Shown piece by piece: positions 48,729-59,086 of a stretch of 64,000 nt of DNA; position 1 is the stretch's first letter; each line of letters opens with the position of its first letter. The stretch is from a candidate division WWE3 bacterium RIFCSPHIGHO2_01_FULL_40_23 (GTDB lineage Bacteria > Patescibacteriota > WWE3 > UBA101185 > 2-01-FULL-41-18), in contig MEUZ01000007.1 in assembly GCA_001772615.1 (NCBI GenBank), forward strand, positions 108,283 through 172,282, written 5' to 3'. Under the pieces are notes generated by a model. The model had not been told where the DNA came from. It made no database searches and saw only the letters and a program-made list of their open reading frames with translations. The translations under genes and the position numbers were made by a program.

Positions 48729-50154
48729 TGAAAACCAAAAGCTCCTTTATTCTGTTTCTTAGCTGGGTCGCTCTTTCAAACTCAAGATTCCCTGAAAGCT
48801 CATTCATCTCTTTTGTAAGCCTATCAACCATTTCTAAAACATCCTTCTTTGAGTATTTGGAAAGATCCTTATCAACAACCATTTTGATTTCTTCATCATA
48901 CTTTCTTGATGTCTCGTCAACTTTTCCCGTTCTCTGCCACTCAAAACCGGTCGTTATAATATCAAAGTAGAACTTTCTTGCTTTTTCTTTATCTTTTTCA
49001 GTTGAGTCAGGCGCCGTATCTACTACGTCTGATAACTCCTTAGCTCCACGCTCAATCATCTCAAGGCTCCACCACGGCTTAGCACTTGCCCACCAGAACT
49101 GATCGGAATGAAGTGATCTATCCAGGAGGTTTCTTGCTTTTTTATACTTTTCCACCTCAAATTCAGATAATTTGGACAACTCTTCATCTTTCAGACCCGA
49201 AAAAGATGATCTGTTCACACATTCTATAGCAAGGTATGTCAAGTCCCACTGCATTTTATGAATTATGTTGTCAGGATCGTCCCATCTGGCAAATGGAACA
49301 CCGGAAGTGATATCAATTTCCATTAACGCCCAAGTTGCAGGTAAGGTTTCAACCTCGCAAATCTCAAAAGGAAGTTCTAAAAGCTCTGATATTTTTTTTG
49401 GGTCAATGCTTTTGTCCCTATAGATTTCAGCAAGTGTTTTATCAAGACCCGGTCTGTGATGGCCGAAGGTCTCCCCATCCATTGCCGTCAGGAAGTATTT
49501 TCCCGAAGTTCCTTTCTCCTTGAACTCTTCAAGAAATAATTTTGAGGTGGCAAGTTGGCCTGAAAGAACTTTGAATGAGGAGTACCTGTCTCTAAAAAAT
49601 ATGATGAGGTCGGTCCCTTTTACCTTATACAATCGGGAGAAATCAATTTTTCCAAACTCATAAGCATAAGAGAGCTCTTCTGCAAGAATCCACCTGTATC
49701 CAAGCTCCCCCACAATCCTTGCCAAATGTGATGAGTAAGCCATTTCCGGTGGAAAGAACCCTTTTAAAGAAATCTGACCTCCGTCTTGATACTTTTTTGA
49801 CAGAATTGGACCCTCGATACCAAAGTATTTATAAAGGGAGAGTTCATTCAGGTATATCTGGCGCTTAATTTCACTATCTGGGAGTTTAGGAAGAAGAGGA
49901 TGATATTTCGCTGAACCCGTAAGTTCAATTTGACCTCTTTCAAGAAGAGTCCTGATCTTATTAATAACATCATGATGGCCGTATGTGTCCCAGAGTTCAC
50001 ATAAAACGGCGCTTACATTTAACGTGAGCTTTGCATTCTCATTTTGAAGCAAATGATCCACTATCTTCCTGTAAGATTCCTCCGTAATTTTATCAACCCA
50101 GTATTTTTTTTGTGTAGGAGGCTGATAAAAATGTAAAAAATTAACCCAAAGCAT
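48706..50154 (-). CDS. Glycoside hydrolase family 57 with C-terminal UVR-like motif
   Basis: HFYQP, FFPPEMAY, MDGETFGHH, SDQFWW and LEFERATQLRN. Confidence 0.88.
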   Translation of the reverse strand: MLWVNFLHFYQPPTQKKYWVDKITEESYRKIVDHLLQNENAKLTLNVSAVLCELWDTYGHHDVINKIRTLLERGQIELTGSAKYHPLLPKLPDSEIKRQIYLNELSLYKYFGIEGPILSKKYQDGGQISLKGFFPPEMAYSSHLARIVGELGYRWILAEELSYAYEFGKIDFSRLYKVKGTDLIIFFRDRYSSFKVLSGQLATSKLFLEEFKEKGTSGKYFLTAMDGETFGHHRPGLDKTLAEIYRDKSIDPKKISELLELPFEICEVETLPATWALMEIDITSGVPFARWDDPDNIIHKMQWDLTYLAIECVNRSSFSGLKDEELSKLSEFEVEKYKKARNLLDRSLHSDQFWWASAKPWWSLEMIERGAKELSDVVDTAPDSTEKDKEKARKFYFDIITTGFEWQRTGKVDETSRKYDEEIKMVVDKDLSKYSKKDVLEMVDRLTKEMNELSGNLEFERATQLRNRIKELLVFIDKNYAD

Positions 50155-50163
50155 ACAAAGTTT

Positions 50164-51438
50164 CTATTTGATAGAATTTAGCACCCTTTCCTTTAATACT
50201 TTAATATCCTTTAATATATCTTGGTCCAACGGGCTTATTTTTTCAGCAGACTTTACAAAAAGCTCAAGACTTCGTTTTATAAGATTAACGTCAAAAAAAG
50301 GATTTTTTGATGACCACCAGTATTTATCAGAGTTAAGAGCTTTATCTAAAAGTATTCTTGACTTAATAAAACTTTTTTCATTCTCCGATAAATCGGAGCT
50401 GACTGAAACCTTATTAAAGTCCCAGACCGGAAGATTTCCAATATGGTCTCCGCTGGTCTTACCTCCCATTTCTTTGCTTACTTTAGATAAACTGCTTAGC
50501 ATAAGAGATTCAAAATCGCTGAAAGCACTATGAACTTCATTGCCAGATAAATACCATTTAGGATAAACATTCCCCTCTTTCATATCTTCATCCGAAGCCC
50601 CCCATGAAGCTTCCACCACAGGCGTTTCTTTCTTACTATCAAATTCGTGCATAAGATTGCTAAGTGTACTAAATGTATGTCCTTCCGCTAAAATCGAATC
50701 TAACAAGTTATCAAGAAGGTCTATGCCTCCTTTGTTATGGTGACCAAAAGTTTCTCCGTCTAAAACTATCAAGGCAAATTTTCTTCCCAAAGAGCTTAAA
50801 AACTTCAAACCTTCTATGAAATCACCAGGATCAGAATCTCTTTTATAAGCAACGCCCAAACTTAACCCCCTGTCTCTAAAACAAATCTTGAGGTTAGATC
50901 CCAAAAGCCTGTAAAAGATTCCGGAGCTTTTTACCTCCTCTCTTTTATCCCCCGGAATACTAACTTCGTCCAGAATTACCCATTCATAACCCAAACTCTC
51001 TACAAGCTTCCCTAAGTCCGAGTTAAAAGCCATTTCAGGGGGGAAAAAACCTCCTAAGTTTTTTATCATAAAGGCATTCTCACCCTCAAAACCCTGCCTT
51101 CTGCCTAAATAATACCCAAGACCTGCCTCATTTAAAATGATCTGCCTTTCAACTTCGGCCTCACTTAATTTAGTAAGAATCGGGTGATAGGCTGCGCTTC
51201 CGGTAAGCTCAATCACTTCTTTATCCCTCAAAAGCGCAATTTCTTCCGTAAAGCCTTCCACTTTCTCTTTATCAAACCATTCAAGAAGACTTAAGGGAAT
51301 GTTAAGAGTTGCTCTAAACTCCTTTTTTCTTTTTAAAAGTCTTACAAGAGGAACGTAGCACTCACTCGCTAGCTCGTGAAAAATGCGAGCATACTGAAAA
51401 GGGGGTTGATAAAGGTGCAAAAGAAATGAAACAATCAT
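50164..51438 (-). CDS. Glycoside hydrolase family 57
   Basis: HLYQP, FFPPEMAF, LDGETFGHH and SDKYWW. Confidence 0.88.
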   Translation of the reverse strand: MIVSFLLHLYQPPFQYARIFHELASECYVPLVRLLKRKKEFRATLNIPLSLLEWFDKEKVEGFTEEIALLRDKEVIELTGSAAYHPILTKLSEAEVERQIILNEAGLGYYLGRRQGFEGENAFMIKNLGGFFPPEMAFNSDLGKLVESLGYEWVILDEVSIPGDKREEVKSSGIFYRLLGSNLKICFRDRGLSLGVAYKRDSDPGDFIEGLKFLSSLGRKFALIVLDGETFGHHNKGGIDLLDNLLDSILAEGHTFSTLSNLMHEFDSKKETPVVEASWGASDEDMKEGNVYPKWYLSGNEVHSAFSDFESLMLSSLSKVSKEMGGKTSGDHIGNLPVWDFNKVSVSSDLSENEKSFIKSRILLDKALNSDKYWWSSKNPFFDVNLIKRSLELFVKSAEKISPLDQDILKDIKVLKERVLNSIK

Positions 51439-51447
51439 TAACTTTAT

Positions 51448-53034
51448 TTACATTCCAAAACTAGAGACGTGGGAAACCGAACTTTTCTTGTGAAATTCCA
51501 TTGCTCTTCTGTAAATCTTTGCATACTCTTTTGCGCTTTTATTCCAGCTGAAGTCTTTCCTCATAGCGTTTTTCTGAATTACTCTCCATACCTCTTTATG
51601 CTTAAAGCTTTCAACAGCACGCACAAGCTGGCCATAGAAGGCTATTACATCATAATCTTCAAAAACAAAACCTGTACCTTTGTGAGTTTTGGGGTCAAAA
51701 TTCTCAACTGAATCAGCCAAACCTCCGACTTTCCTCACAATAGGTATCGCTCCGTACCTCATTGCCTCAAGCTGTACAATGCCGCAAGGTTCAAACTTTG
51801 AAGGGTACAGGATCATGTCACATCCCGCGAAAATAAGCCTTGGAAGGGTGAAATTAGGAAGCAGGTGAAGTCCCACATTTTTAGGAAAAGCCGATTTAAG
51901 TTCTCTAAACTGCTCCGTATAAGTAAGGTCCCCTCCCCCAACCTGCACAAACTGAACGCCGAAGTCTTTAATCAGATACTTCATCGCAGGAACTATAAGG
52001 TCAATACCTTTCTGCTGATCAAGCCTTCCCACAAAGCCGATCAGAGGTATTTCATCCGAAACGGCTATGTTGTACTCTTTCTGGACTGCCACTTTGTTTG
52101 CCGTCCTCTGCTCCAAAGAAAAGGCGTCATAATTTTTCTCTATGACTTTGTCGGTCGCGGGGTCAAACGATTCAGTATCCAAGCCGTTTAAAACTCCATA
52201 GACTTTGCTTCTGACCTCAAGCAAAAGCCTGTCTAGACCTGCACCAAATTCCTGGGTTAGTATCTCTTTAGAGTAAGTTGGCGAAACCGTGTTCACCGCG
52301 TCGGAGTAAATAATTCCTCTTTTCATAAAATTCTGCTTGTTAAGCGCTTCGGAGAAAAAAGGTGCAACATCGGATTTTCCATCGTCAAAGTCAAGCTCGC
52401 TTATATTTTGTGGGTCAAAAAGCCCCTGATAATAAAGATTATGAATTGTTAACAGTGAGGCAACCTTGGAAAGCTTCGGGTCGTTATTGTAATAAGAGCT
52501 TAAATAGTTAGGGAGAACACCAGTATGCCAATCATTACAATGAATTACATCAGGGTAAAAATCATCGTCAAGAAACTCCTCTGTTTCGGGAAGCCTTTTT
52601 AGAAATTCTAAAGCGCCTCTTGATAAAAGAGCCCAGCGAGTGGGGTCGTCAGAGTAGCCGTAAACATTGGCTCTTTTTTCGTAATACTCCATGTTTTCAA
52701 GAAAATAAACCGTTACACCGGAAGGAAGTACACATTTTTTAACATTGCAGATAAGATTTGGGGTGGCTTCGTCTCCCGTCGGAACCGCTAAATCCGCAAA
52801 AACCATCTCAAGCTCATATTTCTCTTCGTCAATAAAACCAAATTTTGGCAAAAACACTCTTGCCTCATGTCCGGTTTTTCTTAAAGCTGTGGAAAGGGCT
52901 TCTATCACCCTTGAGAAGCCGCCGACGGCGGCAAAAGGCGAGGATTCAGCCGCCACTATTAAAACCTTAAGAGGCGGTTCTTTCCCTACAATCCCTTCAA
53001 GTTTTGAAAAAAGACCGTTATTTTTCCCGCTCAT
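51448..53034 (-). CDS. glgA: Glycogen synthase (GT5), second copy
   Basis: AVGGFSRV (variant of KxGG), HCNDWHT and FEPCGIVQL; start at MSGKNN inferred. Confidence 0.88.
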   Translation of the reverse strand: MSGKNNGLFSKLEGIVGKEPPLKVLIVAAESSPFAAVGGFSRVIEALSTALRKTGHEARVFLPKFGFIDEEKYELEMVFADLAVPTGDEATPNLICNVKKCVLPSGVTVYFLENMEYYEKRANVYGYSDDPTRWALLSRGALEFLKRLPETEEFLDDDFYPDVIHCNDWHTGVLPNYLSSYYNNDPKLSKVASLLTIHNLYYQGLFDPQNISELDFDDGKSDVAPFFSEALNKQNFMKRGIIYSDAVNTVSPTYSKEILTQEFGAGLDRLLLEVRSKVYGVLNGLDTESFDPATDKVIEKNYDAFSLEQRTANKVAVQKEYNIAVSDEIPLIGFVGRLDQQKGIDLIVPAMKYLIKDFGVQFVQVGGGDLTYTEQFRELKSAFPKNVGLHLLPNFTLPRLIFAGCDMILYPSKFEPCGIVQLEAMRYGAIPIVRKVGGLADSVENFDPKTHKGTGFVFEDYDVIAFYGQLVRAVESFKHKEVWRVIQKNAMRKDFSWNKSAKEYAKIYRRAMEFHKKSSVSHVSSFGM

Positions 53035-53677
53035 ATTTCTCCCACTAAATTGTACGCAAAATTTAGACACTTGACAACAAAGCCTAAAATTATTTAGAGT
53101 ACATACAGTACACTGCCCAGTTTCATCTCACTGGCAAGGCGCTTGCAAAAGTGAGTAATTTTAAGGCGCATTACTATGCGCTACTTGGCACATTGAAAAG
53201 TAAATAAGCCAAGCCTCAAATCCTTTTTAAAGCTTGTAGCCGTCTGCTTTTGCAATCGGAGGAAGTTTTTAATACACGTCTTTATGCTTACTCCCCGGCT
53301 GACTAAGGTATAAAGACATACAAACTACGGATTTGAAGGAGAGAAATCTTTCTAAAGAAAGGGAGGACAAAACCCCCGGATGGGTAAGCTGTTTTGATAC
53401 TGTAAAAAAACGCCCCCAAACGGGGGTTTATTCGTCTTCGAGCAACAATGGGCAACAATTTATAAGAAACTAACAAATACATCCGCAGTGGGCCTGCCGG
53501 AGTAAGTGCTTGGACGGATACTAGTCCACCTAGTCCAACCGAGTGCTGCCCTCAATATCTAGTGATATATTCCCTACCCATAAGTAATCCTAAGGTAACG
53601 CTATCGCGAAAGCCCCTAAGAGGGCTAGTACCGCCAAGCACTTCTCCGCCACCCCTACGGATGAATGTTCACTCTAT

Positions 53678-54802
53678 TTAACCTTCCACGAGTTCAAGCT
53701 CGGAGGCGTATTGGTCCTCGCCTGCCTCCGCCAGATCTTTTTTAAGCCTAATCGTTGAAACGACTTTAAGCCCGTGCATCTCTTTTAAGGTGTCAAATAT
53801 AAAACTGTCATTAGTTACTATAAGACAAAGTTGAGCGAGGTTTTTATTAGCTGGAGCAAGCTGCAAAACCTTCTCAAAAAAAGCTTTATGCTCCGGTTTT
53901 ATATAAGCATGAAGAATAGAAAAAGGTCTTATGGTTTTGTATAAAGACATTCCGGCATACATTGTAAAGGCGTAGGGAACATTGGAATTTACAGCCGATT
54001 TATGTAAAGCATTAGCTATCTCTTTTAGCCCTGGAAGGCCACTCGTGTAATAGTAAAACCCAAGCCCTTCTTCAGGCAGTTCTTCTTTTGCAGCCGGCGG
54101 CTCTTTAACGACAGGTGTTTCTTTCGGTTCTTCCGAAATACTTTGAACTGTAGGTTTATCTGCCATTCTTTGAGTAGCCTGAAATTTAGGTGCTGTTTCC
54201 CTAAGCTTACCGAATTTTGAACTGAAATCGTACTGATCTGCAAGACTTGCGCCGCTAGCGGCTGTTTGAGGACTGGAAGGCGCCTCACTGGATGTTTCGG
54301 AAGGCGTTTCTGTCACTTCTGCGGGCTTTTCCGCTAATTTTTCGCGGGCTTCTTTAAATTTTGCTAGCCAATCAACAGTTTCCACTGGTTTTGAGGGTTC
54401 GGCGCTCTGCGATGACATTATATTTGAATGTGCAACTGGAGTGCTGACATCAGAAGAAGGTTTATCCAGCGTTGTTTCGGTCGTGTGCTTTTCTTGTGCG
54501 GCTCTGAACCTTGCAAGCCAATCAACTTCCGAAACAGGCTGTTTTATTGCATCTTCATCCTTTTTAAGAGCTCGCCTACCCGGACTGAATTGAACATCGG
54601 ACAATGATTGACGGGAAGGAACTCTCTGGGAGGGATAAAGAAAGTCAAGAATGTTTTGTTTAGAAAACCTATGCCTTCCCGTAGCGGTTTTGACGTCGGC
54701 TTTGATTTTGCCGTCTTCGAGATATCTGTACACGGACCTTAAACTGACCCCAAGGATCTCTGAAACTTCCGTGGAGGAATAAAGCCTGTCTTCTAATTCC
54801 AT
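53678..54802 (-). CDS. Excisionase-like HTH protein with low-complexity linker
   Basis: YSSTEVSEILGVSLRSVYRYL...GRHRF; repeated VDWLA(R/K)F. Confidence 0.75.
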   Translation of the reverse strand: MELEDRLYSSTEVSEILGVSLRSVYRYLEDGKIKADVKTATGRHRFSKQNILDFLYPSQRVPSRQSLSDVQFSPGRRALKKDEDAIKQPVSEVDWLARFRAAQEKHTTETTLDKPSSDVSTPVAHSNIMSSQSAEPSKPVETVDWLAKFKEAREKLAEKPAEVTETPSETSSEAPSSPQTAASGASLADQYDFSSKFGKLRETAPKFQATQRMADKPTVQSISEEPKETPVVKEPPAAKEELPEEGLGFYYYTSGLPGLKEIANALHKSAVNSNVPYAFTMYAGMSLYKTIRPFSILHAYIKPEHKAFFEKVLQLAPANKNLAQLCLIVTNDSFIFDTLKEMHGLKVVSTIRLKKDLAEAGEDQYASELELVEG

Positions 54803-54866
54803 AAAAATAGTATGATACTAAATGAAATAAATGTCAATAAAAAGAAATTTTGAAGGGCTTAACGTC

Positions 54867-55781
54867 CTATTTTTTCATTAAAGATCTAAAGTAAACAAGA
54901 AGTGGAAAATAAGGAAAAGCGCTAAGAACTCTACCTAACCTCTCAAAGGCCAGTTTGCCGTTTGACAACTCTGAAAAAGGTCTAAAAAAAAGCTCAAGCC
55001 CCCGTTCCTGTAAAAATTTAGGAGCTCTTTTTCTTCTTCCCGTTATAAAATCAAAAGCCCCTCCCACCCCCATCATAACTTTAAAAGGAAGCCTTCTTAT
55101 GTTCTCCTTTATCCAAAGCTCCTGCTTCACCTGACCGAAAGCGACAAAGCAAAAATCAACTGATTTTAACCCTGAAACTTTGATATCGGAATCAATTTTG
55201 TTAATAACATCTTGAATGGGTACAAAGTTGAAGCTTCCGTCTTCTTTTTGATATCTGCCGGAGCATGAACCAACAAACTTAATGAGGGGGAAACGCTCTT
55301 GTAATAAGCTTAAGGCATTTCTAGCACTTTCTACTTTGGTCTGATAAGAAGTCCCCACCAAATACACGGAAATACCTTTTTCACGATAAAAATCAAAGAT
55401 TTTTAGCATCAAATCCGTCCCTGTCACCCTCTCATTCAACACGTCAAGTGAACTTGGATTTAAGAATCCCAAAATTCCAATATTTATTCCGAGAAGGAAA
55501 GATTTTACAGGAAAAAGAAAGCCTCTTTTTAACTCATTAACATCTCGTAAATACTTAGCCGCGTATAGGACTCCGAACCCATCGGGTATAGAAAGATCGG
55601 CAGAATTTAGAGCGTTCAGAAATTCCTTATTCCCCTGCGCGTTAAGAATAAATTCGGAGTTAGTTGTCACAATCTGATGTTTTTTTTGATCTTTGAGCAT
55701 TTGATCAATCTCAAAAAGTGATTGCTTATAACCAACTTTAGACACTTTTACGCCTAGAATTTCAATGTTTGTCATAGTCAA
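54867..55781 (-). CDS. WecB/TagA/CpsF glycosyltransferase (GT26)
   Basis: IVTTNSEF, DLSIPDG, ERVTGTDL, KQELWI, GVGGAFDF and RAP. Confidence 0.9.
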   Translation of the reverse strand: MTMTNIEILGVKVSKVGYKQSLFEIDQMLKDQKKHQIVTTNSEFILNAQGNKEFLNALNSADLSIPDGFGVLYAAKYLRDVNELKRGFLFPVKSFLLGINIGILGFLNPSSLDVLNERVTGTDLMLKIFDFYREKGISVYLVGTSYQTKVESARNALSLLQERFPLIKFVGSCSGRYQKEDGSFNFVPIQDVINKIDSDIKVSGLKSVDFCFVAFGQVKQELWIKENIRRLPFKVMMGVGGAFDFITGRRKRAPKFLQERGLELFFRPFSELSNGKLAFERLGRVLSAFPYFPLLVYFRSLMKK

Positions 55782-55808
55782 AAAATAAACAGGGTAAGTG
55801 ATTGAAAA

Positions 55809-56813
55809 CTACCTCTTCATTACACTTTTGCCATATAAATCCATGCTTTCCATAGCCTGTGCCACACCTCTTACCACGCAAAGGAGAGGCTCGTCTGCTA
55901 CATGAGTCGGAACCCCCGTAGCTTGGGAAATAAAGGAGTCAAGGCTTCTTAAATGCGCCGTTCCCCCACTAAGAACGAAGCCTTTATCAATAATGTCGGA
56001 AGATAATTCAGGCGGTGTTTGCTCCAATACGTTCTTGATAGACAAGACAATTTGTGACAAAGGAGACTGAATAGCTTGTGAAACTTCATGTGAACCAACT
56101 AGGATCGTCTTAGGCAAACCTGAAATTGAATCCCTACCCTTGACCTCAAGAAACTCCTCTTTGTCCAAAGGAAAGGCAGTACCAATTGTTTTTTTAACGT
56201 CTTCACTGGTTTTGTCGCCTATTATCAATCCATACTTCCGTCTGATATGTTGTCCGATTGCTTCGTCAATCTTGTTACCCGCTACCCTGACACTGCCAAA
56301 TACAACTATGCCATAAAGTGACACTACTGCTATTTCACTCGTCCCCCCACCTATATTTACTATCATATTACCTGACGGTTCTGATATTGGCAGTCCAGTA
56401 CCAATGGCTGCTGCAAGAGGTTCAGGTATAAGATAAGCGTACCTTGCACCCGCCGAGTAGGCCGCGTCCAAAACCGCTCTTGCTTCAACCGAAGTTACCC
56501 CAGCAGGGACCGACACCATAACATCCGGTTTAAATATCCTTGAACCGCCGACTGACTTATTAATAAAATACTTAAGCATTGCCTCGGTAACCGCGTAGTC
56601 GGCAATTACGCCATCCCTTAGAGGCCTTAAAGCCGTTATCCCCTCCGGTGTTTTCCCAAGCATTTCCTTGGCGTCATTCCCTACGGCAACAACCCTTTCG
56701 TCATCCTCGGTGATGGCAACAACAGTCGGCTCATTAAGAACAATCCCCTTGCCAAGCACATACACAACTGAATTCGCGGTTCCAAGATCAATGGCAATTC
56801 TTTTATTAAGCAT
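55809..56813 (-). CDS. mreB: Rod shape-determining protein MreB
   Basis: IDLGTAN, EPTVVA, RPLRDGVIAD, EPLAAAIG and LEQTPPEL. Confidence 0.95.
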   Translation of the reverse strand: MLNKRIAIDLGTANSVVYVLGKGIVLNEPTVVAITEDDERVVAVGNDAKEMLGKTPEGITALRPLRDGVIADYAVTEAMLKYFINKSVGGSRIFKPDVMVSVPAGVTSVEARAVLDAAYSAGARYAYLIPEPLAAAIGTGLPISEPSGNMIVNIGGGTSEIAVVSLYGIVVFGSVRVAGNKIDEAIGQHIRRKYGLIIGDKTSEDVKKTIGTAFPLDKEEFLEVKGRDSISGLPKTILVGSHEVSQAIQSPLSQIVLSIKNVLEQTPPELSSDIIDKGFVLSGGTAHLRSLDSFISQATGVPTHVADEPLLCVVRGVAQAMESMDLYGKSVMKR

Positions 56814-57018
56814 GTAACAGATTATATACCACGGAAAGAGCCCCTGATGCTATAAAGACTTGCTTTTACCGCCATCTGCCAACTGGCGGGAGCGGACAGG
56901 TTCAGGATGACAAAACATTGCGCTCCGAGTGCCCCTTAAGAGGCATATACTGTTGTCTTTCTGAAGTATGCGAGCGGATGGCTGTGAAGAAACCCCACTT
57001 TCATGGTAAAATCGGCTC

Positions 57019-58161
57019 ATGAAAAAGGTCTTTGCTACAGCTCTGATTTTTGCCGTTCTTGGCGGCATTACAATTGCAATTTACCTCTATTCAACCGGCT
57101 ACCGTGTGAACGTAAAAAAAGGAGAAATAACCCCGACCGGAATGATAGCGGCAAAATCAATACCCGATGGGGCGCAGGTATATGTTGATGGCGTACTGAC
57201 AACTGCAACAAACGGCACAGTTACAGGCATAAAACCTGGCACTCACAAACTTAAAGTTGTAAAAAACGGCTTTGTAACCTGGGAAAAAGATATTGAGGTT
57301 TTTGAACAACTTGTAACCGACATAACAGCCGTGCTTGTATCTAAAACACCTCGCCTTGAGCCGTTAACAAGTGAAGGGGCCAATTCGCCCGTTATCTCCC
57401 CCACCCTCACAAAAATTGCCTATTTTACAAAAGACGGCAAGAAGCCAGGTGTGTGGGTTTTCCCCCTCGGAGGAAATATCCAGGTCAACTTATTTAAAAC
57501 CGCCCCCGACGTCATTTTAGAAGACACGGCAAAAATCATCTTTTCAAACGGGGAATACATTGAATGGAGCCCCGACGAAAAAGAGCTTCTGGTTAAAGTA
57601 GACGAAAATAGACTTTTTACGGCAGACCTTGCTTCAAAGGTATTTGAGACAACCACCTCGGCAGAGCTCACCAGAAAAACATGGAACGAAAAAATTATGG
57701 AAAAAAGGTCGCTTTTCCTTTCAAGGCTTGCTCTTTCCGATGAAGTTAATAAACTTGCTCTTGACCCCGAAACAGTCTGGTCGCCCGATGAAAAAAAGTT
57801 CATGTATAAAGAAAAAGATGGAGACTTCACTTTATATAAAGTGTATAACCTTGAAAAACCGCTCCCTGTGGGTGAGAAAACAAACTATACGGTCTTTTCA
57901 GTAAAAAACGACACGCCCCAGCCTAAAGTTTACTGGTACAATGACAGCTTCCATTTAATTACGGTTGAAGGCGACATAAAAAAGGAAAATAAGGGAAGTA
58001 TTTACCTTATTAGAATAGACGGGACCAACAAAACTGAAGTCTATAACAATACTCTTTACTCGGATATTGCCTTTTCAACACCTTACGGAGATAAAATAGT
58101 AATCCTGACTTCTTTCAGATCTAATAATCAAACTGATCTGTATGCAATTGGTATAAGGTAG
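57019..58161 (+). CDS. PEGA-domain protein with beta-propeller-like repeats
   Basis: N-terminal TM, SIPDGAQVYVDG and WSPD repeats. Confidence 0.85.
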   Translation: MKKVFATALIFAVLGGITIAIYLYSTGYRVNVKKGEITPTGMIAAKSIPDGAQVYVDGVLTTATNGTVTGIKPGTHKLKVVKNGFVTWEKDIEVFEQLVTDITAVLVSKTPRLEPLTSEGANSPVISPTLTKIAYFTKDGKKPGVWVFPLGGNIQVNLFKTAPDVILEDTAKIIFSNGEYIEWSPDEKELLVKVDENRLFTADLASKVFETTTSAELTRKTWNEKIMEKRSLFLSRLALSDEVNKLALDPETVWSPDEKKFMYKEKDGDFTLYKVYNLEKPLPVGEKTNYTVFSVKNDTPQPKVYWYNDSFHLITVEGDIKKENKGSIYLIRIDGTNKTEVYNNTLYSDIAFSTPYGDKIVILTSFRSNNQTDLYAIGIR

Positions 58162-58885
58162 TGTCTATTACCGAGGGGGCGCGGGATGACGTAAAAAGCC
58201 CCGAGTCAAAGTAGCCGAAACTCCCCACCTCAATTAGTTTTGCAGTCACAACCAACCTATTAATAGTAGTCCCGGGCGGGTCACACGTCTGAAGGGTCAA
58301 AGTGGGATCAAGTACCTTTCTTGTTAAAGGCTTTGTATCAAACCCCTTTACAACTTCCTTTCCTATAACCTCATAAATGTAATCTTTATTCTGGTAAAAT
58401 ATATGGACTTTATCCCCTTTTTCAAGCTTTCTTAAAAGATTAAACGTGGTAGCGTATTTCCCAAGCTCAAAGAAATTAAGAGATGAATGAGCAAAAAGGT
58501 ATACATTTCCCTTCTCACCCGGGAAAGCCGTCCCAGCGGCATGTGCGACCCCGCTTTTAAGAGACTCTTTATAGGCTTTCTCATCAATAACTGACACATT
58601 GGGTACAATCGGCGCATTCACGTCAATTTTTTCAATGACTATAGAAAACTCTCGGTTAACAGGCACTATTTTAATGGGCTTTGAAGAAAGGTACCTTGCA
58701 AAAACGCTTGCTTGCCCAGAGCCTGTCGAAGCGCCAAGAGAATACTCCTGCTTCTTAAAGACTTTGAGCTGATACCAGACTTCCCCTACTAAAATAGGTA
58801 TATAGGTATATCCAAGTACGGCAAAACCGCCCAAAATTAGCAAATTCGCCAGAAACCTTGCCAGAAAGACCTTAAACTTACTCAT
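58121..58885 (-). CDS. Sortase (class D/E-like)
   Basis: GVAH, PGEKGNVYLFAHS and LTLQTC...RLVV; start at MSKFKV inferred. Confidence 0.9.
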   Translation of the reverse strand: MSKFKVFLARFLANLLILGGFAVLGYTYIPILVGEVWYQLKVFKKQEYSLGASTGSGQASVFARYLSSKPIKIVPVNREFSIVIEKIDVNAPIVPNVSVIDEKAYKESLKSGVAHAAGTAFPGEKGNVYLFAHSSLNFFELGKYATTFNLLRKLEKGDKVHIFYQNKDYIYEVIGKEVVKGFDTKPLTRKVLDPTLTLQTCDPPGTTINRLVVTAKLIEVGSFGYFDSGLFTSSRAPSVIDTTLYQLHTDQFDY

Positions 58886-59086
58886 AATAAAGCCAAGTAT
58901 ATCATCTTTACGCTCAAATCTTCCAAAGCCCTTCGTAACAGTCATTCCAGCGAAAGCTGGAATCTAAGATTAAAGATGCCGGATCATCTGCCGGCTGGCG
59001 GACGGCATGACATAAAAGTCAGTCCAGGATGGCAACTTGCGCTTCCCTAAAGCCTGGCTGTATTATAAAAGAGTCTGGAAACGAAA

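Noticed and set aside
53480-53663. 6S RNA
   Set aside because: It lacks the 6S terminal signature and central bubble; 36660-36820 fits 6S better.
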